DNA of 64,000 nucleotides, taken from contig JAISHO010000037.1 in the NCBI GenBank assembly GCA_031262485.1, forward strand, positions 123,166 to 187,165. Direction: 5' to 3'. The stretch comes from Propionibacteriaceae bacterium (GTDB lineage Bacteria > Actinomycetota > Actinomycetes > Propionibacteriales > Propionibacteriaceae). Below the pieces are notes generated by a model. The model searched no databases. It had not been told where the DNA came from and was given only the letters and a program-made list of their open reading frames with translations. The translations under genes and the position numbers were made by a program. This document shows, piece after piece, positions 37,967 to 47,168 of this stretch (positions within the stretch are counted from its first letter, which is position 1; every line of letters starts with the position of its first letter).

Positions 37967-39649
37967 TCAGTCGCGAGTGAGGCGGCGGTGGGTCGTCCGG
38001 TGCGGGCGGGCCGCCTCGACGCCGAGCCGTTTGACCTTGTTGACCTCGTAATCGGCGAAGTTGCCCTCGAACCAGAACCAGCGGGCGGGATCCTCATCGT
38101 CGCCCTCCCAGGCGAGGATGTGGGTGGCGACCCGGTCGAGGAACCAGCGATCGTGGGAGATGACGACGCAGCAGCCCGGGAATTCGAGGAGGGCGTCCTC
38201 GAGCGACTGGAGGGTCTCGACGTCGAGGTCGTTGGTCGGCTCGTCGAGGAGGAGGACGTTGCCGCCCTGCTTGAGGGTGAGCGCGAGGTTGAGCCGGTTG
38301 CGCTCCCCGCCGGAGAGCACCCCGGAGAGCTTCTGCTGGTCAGGACCCTTGAACCCGAAGCTGGCGACGTAGGCCCGCGACGGCATCTCGAAGCTGCCGA
38401 CCTTGATGTGGTCGAGTCCGTCGGAGACGACCTCCCAGACGTTCTTCTTCGGATCGATCCCGGAGCGGCCCTGGTCGACGTAGGAGAAAGAGACGGTCGA
38501 GCCGACCTTGACTGTGCCCGAATCGGGCGTCTCCTCGCCGATGAGCATCTTGAACAGCGTCGTCTTGCCGACGCCGTTGGGCCCGATGATCCCGACGATG
38601 CCGGCGCGCGGCAAAAGGAAGGTGAGGTCGTCGATGAGGACGCGATCGCCGAAGCCCTTCGTCAGATCGTGGACGTCGATGACGTCGGAGCCGAGCCTCG
38701 GGCCGGGCGGGATGTTGATCTCGGCCAAGTCGACGGCGCGGTTCTTCTCCGCCTCGGCCGCCAACTCCTCGTAGCGGGCCAGACGGGCCCGGTTCTTGGC
38801 CTGACGGGCCTTGGGGTTGGAGCGCACCCACTCGAGCTCGCGCTCAAGGATCTTGGCCCGCTTGGCGTCCTTCTTGCCCTCGATCTGCAGGCGGGAACGT
38901 TTCGTCTCCAAATACGTCGAATAGTTGCCCTCATAAGGGTGGAGCTGGCCGCGGTCGACCTCGCAGATCCAGCCGGCCACATGGTCGAGGAAGTAGCGGT
39001 CGTGGGTGACGGCCAGGACGGCGCCGGGATAGTTCTTGAGGTGACCTTCGAGCCAACTGACCGATTCGGCGTCGAGGTGGTTGGTCGGCTCGTCGAGGAG
39101 GAGGAGGTCGGGCTGCTGGAGGAGAAGCTTGCACAACGCCACGCGGCGCCGCTCGCCGCCGGAGAGGACGTCGACGATCGCGTCCGGATCAGGGCAGCGC
39201 AAAGCGTCCATCGCCTGGTCGAGCTGGGAGTCGAGATCCCAGGCTTGGCGATGGTCGAGTTCGGTCTGCAACTCCCCCATCTCGGCCAGCAAGGCGTCGT
39301 AGTCGGCGTCTGGATCGGCCAACTCGACTGAGATCTCGTTGAAGCGGTTGAGTTTGGCCATGGTGTCGCCGACGGCCTCTTGGATATTCTCCAGCACCGT
39401 CTTGCCCTCGGTCAGCGGCGGCTCCTGGAGAAGGATGCCGACGGTCGCATCCTTGTCGCGAAGCACCTCGCCGTTGTTGGGGCGCTCCATCCCGGCCATG
39501 AGTTTGAGGAGGGTCGATTTGCCCGCCCCGTTGGGGCCGACCACGCCGATCTTGGCGTCGGGGAAGAAACTCATCGTGACGTTCTCGAAGATGACTTTCT
39601 CACCCAACGTCTTTCGGACGTTGTGCATCGACAGAATGAACTCAGCCAT
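37967..39649 (-). CDS. ettA: ABC-F translational throttle ATPase EttA
   Basis: 560 aa with two cassettes: GPNGAGKSTLLK/LSGGERRRVAL/LLLDEPTNHLD and GPNGVGKTTLFK/LSGGERNRLNL/LLLDEPTNDLD. No TM domain. Confidence 0.93.
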   Translation of the reverse strand: MAEFILSMHNVRKTLGEKVIFENVTMSFFPDAKIGVVGPNGAGKSTLLKLMAGMERPNNGEVLRDKDATVGILLQEPPLTEGKTVLENIQEAVGDTMAKLNRFNEISVELADPDADYDALLAEMGELQTELDHRQAWDLDSQLDQAMDALRCPDPDAIVDVLSGGERRRVALCKLLLQQPDLLLLDEPTNHLDAESVSWLEGHLKNYPGAVLAVTHDRYFLDHVAGWICEVDRGQLHPYEGNYSTYLETKRSRLQIEGKKDAKRAKILERELEWVRSNPKARQAKNRARLARYEELAAEAEKNRAVDLAEINIPPGPRLGSDVIDVHDLTKGFGDRVLIDDLTFLLPRAGIVGIIGPNGVGKTTLFKMLIGEETPDSGTVKVGSTVSFSYVDQGRSGIDPKKNVWEVVSDGLDHIKVGSFEMPSRAYVASFGFKGPDQQKLSGVLSGGERNRLNLALTLKQGGNVLLLDEPTNDLDVETLQSLEDALLEFPGCCVVISHDRWFLDRVATHILAWEGDDEDPARWFWFEGNFADYEVNKVKRLGVEAARPHRTTHRRLTRD

Positions 39650-39820
39650 GGTTTCCCTTCAACCGGTCAGCGGGGACGAATCGCCGCCGTGGCGGCACAC
39701 GACGGCCTATTATGCCAGCGCCCCGGGGGAAACGTGCCATGACGGCCGTCCGGGCCGGGGAGCGGACGACCGCCATGAGAGTCACAACCACAGAAGTGAT
39801 CGCACGAGAGGGCGAGGCCC

Positions 39821-40222
39821 TCAGGCGGCCTCAGCCAGGAAGGGGTCGGTCTCCTCGTCGGCGCCACGGCGGGAGGAGCGTTCGAAGACGGCGGTGCCAC
39901 GGGTGAGATCATGGCCGATCGTCGTCGCCTCGAGGACGAGGCGCTCTTGGGTCTCCTGCTGGTCGTCGATCCAGACCCGGGTGCGCAGTTTGCCCTCGAC
40001 GATGATGGGATCGCCTTTGTTGACACTGGCGGCGACGTTGTCGGCAAGACCGCGATAGCACCACACCGTCAGCCATGTCGTCTGGCCATCGCTCCAGACC
40101 CCTTCGCGTTGGACTCGCGGGGTGGAGGCGACTCGGAAATGCGCGGCGGTGTCCCCGGACCTCATGAGCCTGGTCTCGACCGCGTTGCCGACGTAACCAG
40201 TCAACGTCACTGAACTATCCAC
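39821..40222 (-). CDS. Single-stranded-DNA-binding (OB-fold) protein paralogue
   Basis: (M)DSSVTLTGYVGNAVETRLMRSGDTAAHFRVASTP...TWLTVWCYRGLADNVAASVNKGDPIIVEGKLRTR is an SSB OB-fold pattern. I prefer the GTG at 40222 (SD AAGGA 6 nt upstream) over the track start at 40345. Its position next to ettA parallels Mtb Rv2477c-Rv2478c (recalled). Confidence 0.7.
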   Translation of the reverse strand: MDSSVTLTGYVGNAVETRLMRSGDTAAHFRVASTPRVQREGVWSDGQTTWLTVWCYRGLADNVAASVNKGDPIIVEGKLRTRVWIDDQQETQERLVLEATTIGHDLTRGTAVFERSSRRGADEETDPFLAEAA

Positions 40223-40495
40223 AATGGTTCCTTTCAATCGTGAAGCCTCGGACCATGTCATACGGGAGACTCCACCCCACCCTGTGGCGCCGGTGGCCTC
40301 AGATGCGGAATAGAGGACGATCTGTGGATGAGATGACGATTTCACGGCGACTTGGGGATGGAATCCCTCACCGGAGTGAGAAGCCGGAGAGGGGAACAGG
40401 GCCCTTGCCCGGGGAAGACCAGGTCGGCCGTCTCATGCGCCCGATCCTCACAGCCGCTCGATCTGCACGGATCCTGGAGACGAAGCCGTCAGCCT

Positions 40496-40514
40496 CCGCC
40501 CTGCCCACGGGCGG
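40496..40514 (-). terminator. Weak hairpin just after the GTPase-2 stop
   Basis: CCGCCC-(7 nt)-GGGCGG, 3 nt downstream of the stop at 40518. No U-tract. Confidence 0.2.
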
Positions 40515-40517
40515 AAT

Positions 40518-42128
40518 TCAGCGCAGGTCGCGGACGATGCCGAGCGCCTCGTCGTGGCGGCGCAACTCGGCGTTGACCGGCTCGATGACGTTGTCGACGG
40601 CGACTTTCTCGACCGCTTTCGACAAGGTCCGCTCGGTCATGGCCCGGCGCAGACGAGCGCCGGCTTTGACGCCGAGGCGGGACAGGCCGGCGATGATGAA
40701 GCCGATGAGGACGCCGCCGAGGGCGAGGATCGTCGGCAAGGGGATATTGCCGACCTTGAAGACGGGCAGTTCCGGCAACCCGAGGTAGGACTCGGCGATG
40801 GCGTTGAACCCGAGCCAGAGCAAGGAGGCGACGGTGGCGATGAGGACGAGCCATTGCAAGACACGGATGAACGTCCACCACCCGCTCTTGGCGGTGACAT
40901 CGATGTCGGTGGCGGCGACCGCTTGATCGAGCCGGTCGGGCAAATTGGTGGCACGATCCTCGAGCGCTTTGGCGATGGTGTCACGCCAGCCGCGGGGAAC
41001 CTTGGCCCCCGCGTCGGTGGCGACCGATCGCAGGGCTTGGTCGACCCGGGCCTGAGCGGCGGCCGAGGTCGTCGCCGGAAGGGCCGAGCGGGTCAGGGCG
41101 GTCGGGGCGATCTCCTTCGATTTGGCGGCGCCGAAGAGCTCGTCCAAACGAAGACGTTTGAGGGGGTCTTGGCGCAGTTTCCCGAGCCAGCTGAGGACGG
41201 GCCAGCCGGTGGCGATGGCGCCACGGCGGCGCCAGGAATCCTCGACCGCCTTGCCGATCGTCTCGACCCCGGCGACCTGGTCGAGGGAGCTGACGAGCTC
41301 TCCGGTGTGAGAGCGCGACACCGTCCCGGCTGGATCGCTGGCCAGGGTGGGGGCGAAGTCGGAGACGACGTCGACGACGTCGGCGTGCAGCCGACGGGCG
41401 GCGGCTTGCTTGGCGGTCGCCAACTGGCCGACCGCGTCGCGGAGCCGGTCGACGCCGTCACCGGTGAGGGCGGAGACGTCGAAGACACGGGGATCGGCGA
41501 TGCCGTCGCGATGCAGCAGATCGATGAGGTCGCGGTGGATGAGGGAGGTCTGCTCGGGGCCGACCCGATCGATCTGGTTGAGAGCGAAGAGCATGACGTC
41601 GCTGTGGCCGGCCAGGGGGGCGAGATAGCGCTCGTGGAGCACCTGATCGGCGTACTTCTGGGGGTCGAGCACCCAGATGAAAGCGTCGACGACTTCGACG
41701 AGCCGATCGACCTCGGCCCGGTTCGAGGTGACGATGGAATCGTGGTCGGCCAAATCGAGGAGGACGAGGCCGGCCATATCGTCGCCCGCCTCGGCGACGT
41801 GGCGACGGGAGATCTGCAGCCAATCGAGCAGAGCGCTGGTGTCGCGGTCGCCGAAAGTGACGGCCAGCGGCTGAGTCGTCATCGGGCGCTGCACCCCGGC
41901 GGCGGCCAGATCGGTGCGCGACAAGGCGTTGAAGAGGCTGGATTTCCCCGAGCCGGTGGCCCCGGCCAAGGCGACGACGGTGATGTCTCCGGCCAAGGAT
42001 TGGCGTCGGTCGATCCGGGTGAGAAGGTGATCGGCGCGGGCGGCCGTCTCCGCCGGAACCCGGCCCCGGGTCAGATCGAGGAGCCGGGTGAGCCGAGCGA
42101 TGTCGTCTGTGAGGTTCACCTCGGCCAT
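40518..42128 (-). CDS. Membrane-anchored dynamin-like / HSR1-type P-loop GTPase (second of a tandem pair)
   Basis: P-loop ALAGATGSGKSSLFNAL, NQID (G4-like), and two C-terminal TM helices (WWTFIRVLQWLVLIATVASLLWLGF and IPLPTILALGGVLIGFIIAGL). The start is 1 nt after the upstream stop. Confidence 0.7.
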   Translation of the reverse strand: MAEVNLTDDIARLTRLLDLTRGRVPAETAARADHLLTRIDRRQSLAGDITVVALAGATGSGKSSLFNALSRTDLAAAGVQRPMTTQPLAVTFGDRDTSALLDWLQISRRHVAEAGDDMAGLVLLDLADHDSIVTSNRAEVDRLVEVVDAFIWVLDPQKYADQVLHERYLAPLAGHSDVMLFALNQIDRVGPEQTSLIHRDLIDLLHRDGIADPRVFDVSALTGDGVDRLRDAVGQLATAKQAAARRLHADVVDVVSDFAPTLASDPAGTVSRSHTGELVSSLDQVAGVETIGKAVEDSWRRRGAIATGWPVLSWLGKLRQDPLKRLRLDELFGAAKSKEIAPTALTRSALPATTSAAAQARVDQALRSVATDAGAKVPRGWRDTIAKALEDRATNLPDRLDQAVAATDIDVTAKSGWWTFIRVLQWLVLIATVASLLWLGFNAIAESYLGLPELPVFKVGNIPLPTILALGGVLIGFIIAGLSRLGVKAGARLRRAMTERTLSKAVEKVAVDNVIEPVNAELRRHDEALGIVRDLR

Positions 42129-42129
42129 G

Positions 42130-44346
42130 TCACCACTCCTTCACCGGCTCATCCGTTCCCTCATCCCCCGTCGTCACCGCGTTCCCGCTCAGTTCTGGTG
42201 AGGCGCCCTCGCCGGGCTTCCTCGCATCAACGTTCCTGATCTCGATGTCGTCGCTCGTCGCCGCTTCGCTCGCCGCCGCGCTCTCGGCGGCGTCACGACC
42301 CCCCGACCAGCCGGTTCCCTCCGGAGAGGATTCCCCAGGCTCCTCGAGGGAGACGAACGGTTCATCTCCCCCCAGCGAGTCCGCCTCGCCAGGTGTCGAT
42401 CCGTCGACAGGTTCTCTCTTATCACCCGAGCCGACCGGCTTCTCCCCCGGCAGGGCCGGAGTCGCGGTCGGCGGCAGGTGAGTGCTGTCGACGATCGTCT
42501 CGAGACCGGGAGTCGCCGCGACCGGCAGACCGAGCCGGGTGACTTCGTCGCTGCGCACGGCGTCGATGTCGGCGGCGCAGTCGAGGATCGTGGCCGGATC
42601 GACCTCCTCGGGGGCGACACGGTCGAGGGTGCGGGAGAAGAGATAATCGCGTTGCCCGATGACGACGGCGTCGATCCGGCGATGGAGCTTCTCGGTCGCC
42701 TCGCGCGTGAGGCGACGGATCGCCTCGTCGCCGAAGATGAGCTCGAGCATCTTCTGGGCCACGACGGCGGTTCCGCCGGCGACTCCGATCTCGGCGCCGG
42801 CCAGCCCGCCGGTGTGAGCGAAGACGACGAGCATGAGGGCGACCCCGACGGCGTTGACGCCGAGAGCGGCGACCCTGGCTTGAGTCCGTTTGCCGGAACC
42901 GGCCGTCGAGACGAGTTCCATGACGTCGGATTGCCACTGGCGGATCGCGTTGTCGACCTGGGACGCATAATCGCTGGAGACCCGGGAAGGATCCCCTCCG
43001 GCCTGCTCGAGGAGGTGACGCCCGGCCGGATCGGCCTCCCAGATCTGCGTCACCCGGGCCACTCCCCGCTCGCCGGCCTCCAAGACGAGGGTCTCGAGTT
43101 CGGATTGGACGGCGACGGTGACCTCGGAAGCGGCCTTGGGCTCGCCCCGCAGCACCCGCCCGATGCGATCGCGCAGCCTCCCGATGCGGCTCTCGAGGTT
43201 GCGCATGAAAGCCCCGGCTCCGACGTAATCCTGCCAGCGCAGCAACACTTCCCCGCGCAGCAGAGTGCCGTCGTTCGTCTTGTTCTCCAAGGTCGTCACG
43301 ATGTCGGCGAAGATCGCTTCGGCGTCGTCGCGCAGTTGAGCCAATGTGTTGTTTTGATGCTCGATGGCGGTGGCGATCCGCGGCGCCTGGGAGGTGAGCG
43401 AGGCGATGGCCCCGTCGAGGGTCTTCATGACGATCCGAGCCCGGGTGCGTTGATCTCCGGCCAGGGCGGTGAGCCAGGCGTGGATCGGCGCCACCGCCGC
43501 CTGAGGCAGCAAGCCCGCCTCATCGACCGGGACTTCGGGCACGGCGAACAACGGTGAGCTGCCCAAGCCACGCTCGATCATCATCCCGGCTAGGTGTTTC
43601 GGCACCGGGCCCATGGCGGCGGGCGGCACCCGATCGACGACGACGGCGACGGCGGCGCTGCGCCCGACCGCGCTCGTCAGATAATCCCAGGGCACGGCGT
43701 CGGCGTAGCGGGCGGCCGAGGTGACGAAGAGCCACATGTCGGCGGCGGCCAGCAGCTGAGAGGCCAGTTTCCGGTTGGCGGAATCGACCGAGTCGATGTC
43801 GGGGGCGTCGAGGAGGGCGAGCCCGCGTGGCAGGGCCGTCGAGGCGACGGTGTGCAGATCGCGCGGATTGGAGGATTCGGTGATAGAGCGGGCCAGGCCA
43901 GGCAGGACGCGGTCGTCGCTGAACCAGGTGGAGTCGTCGGGGTGGTGGATGAGCACCGGCGCCTTCGTCGTCGGCCGGATGACCCCGGGGCGGCTGACGA
44001 CCTGGCGTAGGAGCGAGTTGACGAGGGTCGACTTCCCTGCCCCGGTCGAACCGCCGACGACGGCCAACAAGGGCGCCTCGATCGTGGCGAGGCGGGGCAG
44101 GATGTAGTCGTCGAGTTGTTTGAGGTCGTCGGTGATCTGCTCACGGATCGCGCCCGCCTCGGGGGTCGGCACGGCGAGCCGGGTGCGACGAAGGAGGCCT
44201 TGGAACTGTTCCAGCCCATCGCCCAGGGAGATCGCCATCCGAATGAACCCGCTTCCGTCGTCTCGAGGGAATCCAGCGCCGGACTCGCCGTCGCGCGGAT
44301 CGTGGCCGCCACGCTCTTTCTCACGCGCCGTGTCGAGCCTCAACAA
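42130..44346 (-). CDS. Dynamin-like / HSR1-type P-loop GTPase (first of a tandem pair) with Gly-rich hydrophobic hairpin and acidic disordered tail
   Basis: P-loop AVVGGSTGAGKSTLVNSLL, a long helical region, and a hydrophobic segment VAALGVNAVGVALMLVVFAHTGGLAGAEIGVAGGTAVVA. The last ~140 aa are Asp/Glu/Ser/Gly/Pro-rich. The start could instead be the ATG at 44238 (MAISLGDGLEQ). Confidence 0.7.
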   Translation of the reverse strand: MLRLDTAREKERGGHDPRDGESGAGFPRDDGSGFIRMAISLGDGLEQFQGLLRRTRLAVPTPEAGAIREQITDDLKQLDDYILPRLATIEAPLLAVVGGSTGAGKSTLVNSLLRQVVSRPGVIRPTTKAPVLIHHPDDSTWFSDDRVLPGLARSITESSNPRDLHTVASTALPRGLALLDAPDIDSVDSANRKLASQLLAAADMWLFVTSAARYADAVPWDYLTSAVGRSAAVAVVVDRVPPAAMGPVPKHLAGMMIERGLGSSPLFAVPEVPVDEAGLLPQAAVAPIHAWLTALAGDQRTRARIVMKTLDGAIASLTSQAPRIATAIEHQNNTLAQLRDDAEAIFADIVTTLENKTNDGTLLRGEVLLRWQDYVGAGAFMRNLESRIGRLRDRIGRVLRGEPKAASEVTVAVQSELETLVLEAGERGVARVTQIWEADPAGRHLLEQAGGDPSRVSSDYASQVDNAIRQWQSDVMELVSTAGSGKRTQARVAALGVNAVGVALMLVVFAHTGGLAGAEIGVAGGTAVVAQKMLELIFGDEAIRRLTREATEKLHRRIDAVVIGQRDYLFSRTLDRVAPEEVDPATILDCAADIDAVRSDEVTRLGLPVAATPGLETIVDSTHLPPTATPALPGEKPVGSGDKREPVDGSTPGEADSLGGDEPFVSLEEPGESSPEGTGWSGGRDAAESAAASEAATSDDIEIRNVDARKPGEGASPELSGNAVTTGDEGTDEPVKEW

Positions 44347-44439
44347 AGACTACGGCACGACGAACGCGGCACGCACGAAGGTCAGTCTATGCGCGTCGCG
44401 GCCGATCTCGCCATCGCTTTCCGTCTCTGAAACGCCGCT

Positions 44440-45855
44440 TCATGCACCGGCCGTCACCACCGGTCGCGTCTTGCGCCGCCACAGGTAGGGGCGCAATCCT
44501 GCGGCCGTCTCGAGCCCCTTGGCCGCCCGGGCCCGCCGAATGACGCCGATGAGCTCACGCTCACGTTCCCTTCCGCCATCGCCGACGACGCCGCGGGTGA
44601 CGCGGTCGCGCAGATACGCCAGTTCGGTGACGGCCTGTTGGAGGCGCCAGGTGGCGATGACGGAGCCGTACCAGGGGCTCATGAGGAGCGACCAGATGCG
44701 GTTTTTGAGCGAGGCGAACAGAGCCGGATAACGCTGCGGCAACCATCCCATGACGACGTAGTCGCCCAGCCGTTCGCGGATGAGGCGAGCTTGGCGCACA
44801 GCGGTGCGGATGACGAGGATGAGCGTGCCGATGGCGAAGGGCAAACCGAAGAGAAGGTAGACGTAGATGAGGGCGTCGCCGGAGACGATCGAGGAGATGC
44901 CGTTGAAGAGCATGTGGAGCAGGGCGGCGGCGAGGAAACCGGCCGCCGGAGCGATGACGCGCACGATCTTGGAACGGTGGCGCACGCCGACGGCGAGGCC
45001 CAGCCCGATCATGGCGGTGAAGGTCGGGTGCCCGAAGCAGGTGTAGAGGCCGCGCAACAGGACGAGTTCGCGCACGGCGGCTTGGAGATCGCCCGTCGAA
45101 GCGGTGTAAGAGCCGTAGACGATGGCGCGAGCGTAGTAGACGATGTTCTCGCTGAAGGCGAACCCGGCTCCGGCCAAGGCTCCCAGCACGACGCCGCTGA
45201 CGGCAGAGACGATGCGGTCGCGGGCGAGGAAAGCGATGATGAAGAGGATCGTCCCCTTCGAGGCCTCTTCGATGAAGGGAGCGATGTAGATGGCGGGGCG
45301 GGGGTCGCTCATGCCGGGAGCGAGCCCGAGGACGGCCATCTGCGAGGCGGCCCAGGTGTTGGCGTACAACGAGAAGCACATCGCCGCCAGACCGCCCCAG
45401 CCGAGCGCGAGCGCCCAGACGATGAGCCGCTGGGGGCGGAACCGGTCGATGAGCAGGTAGAGGATCGTCCAGAAGGCGAGGGTCGGGAGCGCGTACTTGG
45501 CCGATTGGACGAGCGCGTCGTCGTTGAGACCGGGGACGAACGAGCCGTCCTCGTAGGTCTGCGTGGCTCCGAGGTCGAAGTAGACGACAAGCCCGCAAGC
45601 GGCGTAACCAGCGAGAAGAATGAGGAAGATCCAGGTCCACTTGCTGTGGACGACGAGACGGGCGAGAAGCGCGAGGACCTGGCGGAATTTCATCCCCTTG
45701 AGGGTGACGGGCAGATCGTCGCTCACTGGCACGCCATGCCACCGGCGGGCATGGATGAGGGCTTTCTGACGCGCCGTGCGGGTCGGCCACAGCCAGGCGC
45801 GCACGGCAGCGGCCTTCTTCCCCCGAACCGGGGCCTCCCCCTGGGCGACGCTCAC
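44440..45855 (-). CDS. prsW: PrsW-family intramembrane metalloprotease
   Basis: Polytopic, with APFIEEASKG (EExxK) and ALLHMLFNG motifs characteristic of PrsW-type proteases. Confidence 0.75.
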   Translation of the reverse strand: MSVAQGEAPVRGKKAAAVRAWLWPTRTARQKALIHARRWHGVPVSDDLPVTLKGMKFRQVLALLARLVVHSKWTWIFLILLAGYAACGLVVYFDLGATQTYEDGSFVPGLNDDALVQSAKYALPTLAFWTILYLLIDRFRPQRLIVWALALGWGGLAAMCFSLYANTWAASQMAVLGLAPGMSDPRPAIYIAPFIEEASKGTILFIIAFLARDRIVSAVSGVVLGALAGAGFAFSENIVYYARAIVYGSYTASTGDLQAAVRELVLLRGLYTCFGHPTFTAMIGLGLAVGVRHRSKIVRVIAPAAGFLAAALLHMLFNGISSIVSGDALIYVYLLFGLPFAIGTLILVIRTAVRQARLIRERLGDYVVMGWLPQRYPALFASLKNRIWSLLMSPWYGSVIATWRLQQAVTELAYLRDRVTRGVVGDGGRERERELIGVIRRARAAKGLETAAGLRPYLWRRKTRPVVTAGA

Positions 45856-45859
45856 CGTC

Positions 45860-46480
45860 TCAGGATAGCCCGGGCGAGGTGGCCGAGAAATCGCCCGAAT
45901 AAAGAGCCGCTGTCTTCGCGAGGAGCGACTTGCGCGGACCCGGAGGGTCGACGAAGAGGGTCTGGCGGTAATAGCGCAGTTCGTCGATCGATTCCTGGAT
46001 GTCGGCCAGGGCGCGATGCCCGCCCTTCTTGCTGGGCGCGTTATAAGCGATCCGGGGATACCAGCGCCGGGCCAGTTCCTTGATGCTCGAGACGTCGACG
46101 TTGCGATAGTGGAGGAAGCCGTCGAACCCGGGCATGTCGCGCTGGATGAAGGCCCGGTCGGTGCCGATCGTGTTCCCAGCCAAGGGAGCTTTGCGCTCTT
46201 CGGGGACGACGCCGCGCACGTAGTCGAGGACGGCCGCCTCGGCCTCGTTGAGCGTCAACCCGTCGGGCAAGGCGTCGAGCAGCCCCGACTTCGTGTGCAT
46301 CTCGGTGACGACCTCGCTCATGTGTTCCAGCGCCTCGTCAGGCGGCTTGATGATGAGGTCAATCCCCTCCCCCACGACGTTGAGGTCCTTGTCGGTGACG
46401 AGCACGGCGATCTCGATGAGCGCGTCTCGCGTCAGATCGAGACCCGTCATCTCACAATCAGCCCAAACCAAATGTTCCAC
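45860..46480 (-). CDS. orn: Oligoribonuclease (DEDDh 3'-5' exoribonuclease)
   Basis: LVWADCEMTGLD...DALIEIAVLVTD...GNTIGTDRAFI...HRALADIQESIDELRYY. Confidence 0.92.
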   Translation of the reverse strand: MEHLVWADCEMTGLDLTRDALIEIAVLVTDKDLNVVGEGIDLIIKPPDEALEHMSEVVTEMHTKSGLLDALPDGLTLNEAEAAVLDYVRGVVPEERKAPLAGNTIGTDRAFIQRDMPGFDGFLHYRNVDVSSIKELARRWYPRIAYNAPSKKGGHRALADIQESIDELRYYRQTLFVDPPGPRKSLLAKTAALYSGDFSATSPGLS

Positions 46481-46501
46481 GGGCAGCCACTCTAACCCTT
46501 T

Positions 46502-46951
46502 TCACGCCTCGACTCGGTCGATGGCGACGAACACGCAGTTGACCTCGTCGGCGGGCTCCTCGAGCGCAAGGGTCGTCTCGACGGTCGTCTCCTCGCCGGG
46601 CCCGACGGGATCGGTCGTGAGAGCCTCGCGGGCGACGACGTTGCCGTTCGAGGCGTCGGCTAGACGCAACGCCATCTCATAGGTGACGGTGTCGTCGGTC
46701 GTGTTCGTGACGGACGCCTCGACTTTGTATTCGCCGTCTTCCCCGGTCGGCTCGCAGGTCGTGATGGCGACGTCGGCCCGGGCATCGAGATTGTTGGCGA
46801 TGTCGGACCCGGGGCCGATGACGGTGACGGGCGTCTCACTGGCCTCGGGTTGGCCGAGAGTCGTTTGGCAACCGGCCATGACGAGGGCGCCGAGACCGAT
46901 CCCGGCGGCGAGGGCGAGAGCGCGGATCCTCGCAGGGGGGCGCGTCAGCAT
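46502..46951 (-). CDS. Small secreted lipoprotein, single beta-sandwich-like domain, function unknown
   Basis: ATG at 46951 with SD GAAGGA. Signal peptide MLTRPPARIRALALAAGIGLGALVMAG/C with a lipobox Cys. The mature part is Thr/Glu/Val-rich. The track's longer start (47029) lies in AT-rich non-coding-looking sequence. Confidence 0.65.
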   Translation of the reverse strand: MLTRPPARIRALALAAGIGLGALVMAGCQTTLGQPEASETPVTVIGPGSDIANNLDARADVAITTCEPTGEDGEYKVEASVTNTTDDTVTYEMALRLADASNGNVVAREALTTDPVGPGEETTVETTLALEEPADEVNCVFVAIDRVEA

Positions 46952-47000
46952 AACCATCCTTCTTTCATTGTTTTCGACTGTGTTCCGAACTAGCAATTTG

Positions 47001-47029
47001 ATTATTTCGTTGTTTATTGATCGATCCAA
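47001..47029 (-). promoter_or_regulatory. Candidate promoter of the lipoprotein gene
   Basis: Minus strand has TTGGAT (47029-47024), a 17-nt spacer, then AATAAT (47006-47001), within a conspicuously AT-rich ~80-bp patch. Confidence 0.3.
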
Positions 47030-47099
47030 GATCCTCGTCCGCGCGCCGCTCGATCATCGGCGACGTCGTGCGGCGAGACCGAGGAACCCTTCCGGACCC

Positions 47100-47133
47100 C
47101 CGGCCACAGCGAAGTCTCCCCCGCTGTGGCCGG
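47100..47133 (-). terminator. Strong hairpin downstream of the giant adhesin gene (candidate terminator)
   Basis: CCGGCCACAGCG-(10 nt)-CGCTGTGGCCGG is a perfect 12-bp GC-rich stem, 36 nt past the stop codon. No U-tract, which is common in actinobacteria. Confidence 0.5.
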
Positions 47134-47168
47134 CGCCTAGGCTCAGTCGATATGGCCGACGCCTAGGC

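Noticed and set aside
12706-46083. Other long antisense or alternate-frame ORFs over core genes. Examples: 12706-14544(+), 14898-15938(+), 19577-20971(+), 23556-25235(+), 25675-26958(+), 28902-30206(+), 36809-39331(+), 40554-42239(+), 44638-46083(+), plus many minus-strand alternate frames such as 14383-15552, 15848-17317, 19575-20708 and 44561-45790.
   Set aside because: They show Arg/Pro/Gly-rich compositional bias with no motifs. Each fully overlaps a gene with unmistakable family signatures (Nuo subunits, EttA, GTPases, PrsW). They are typical high-GC shadow ORFs.
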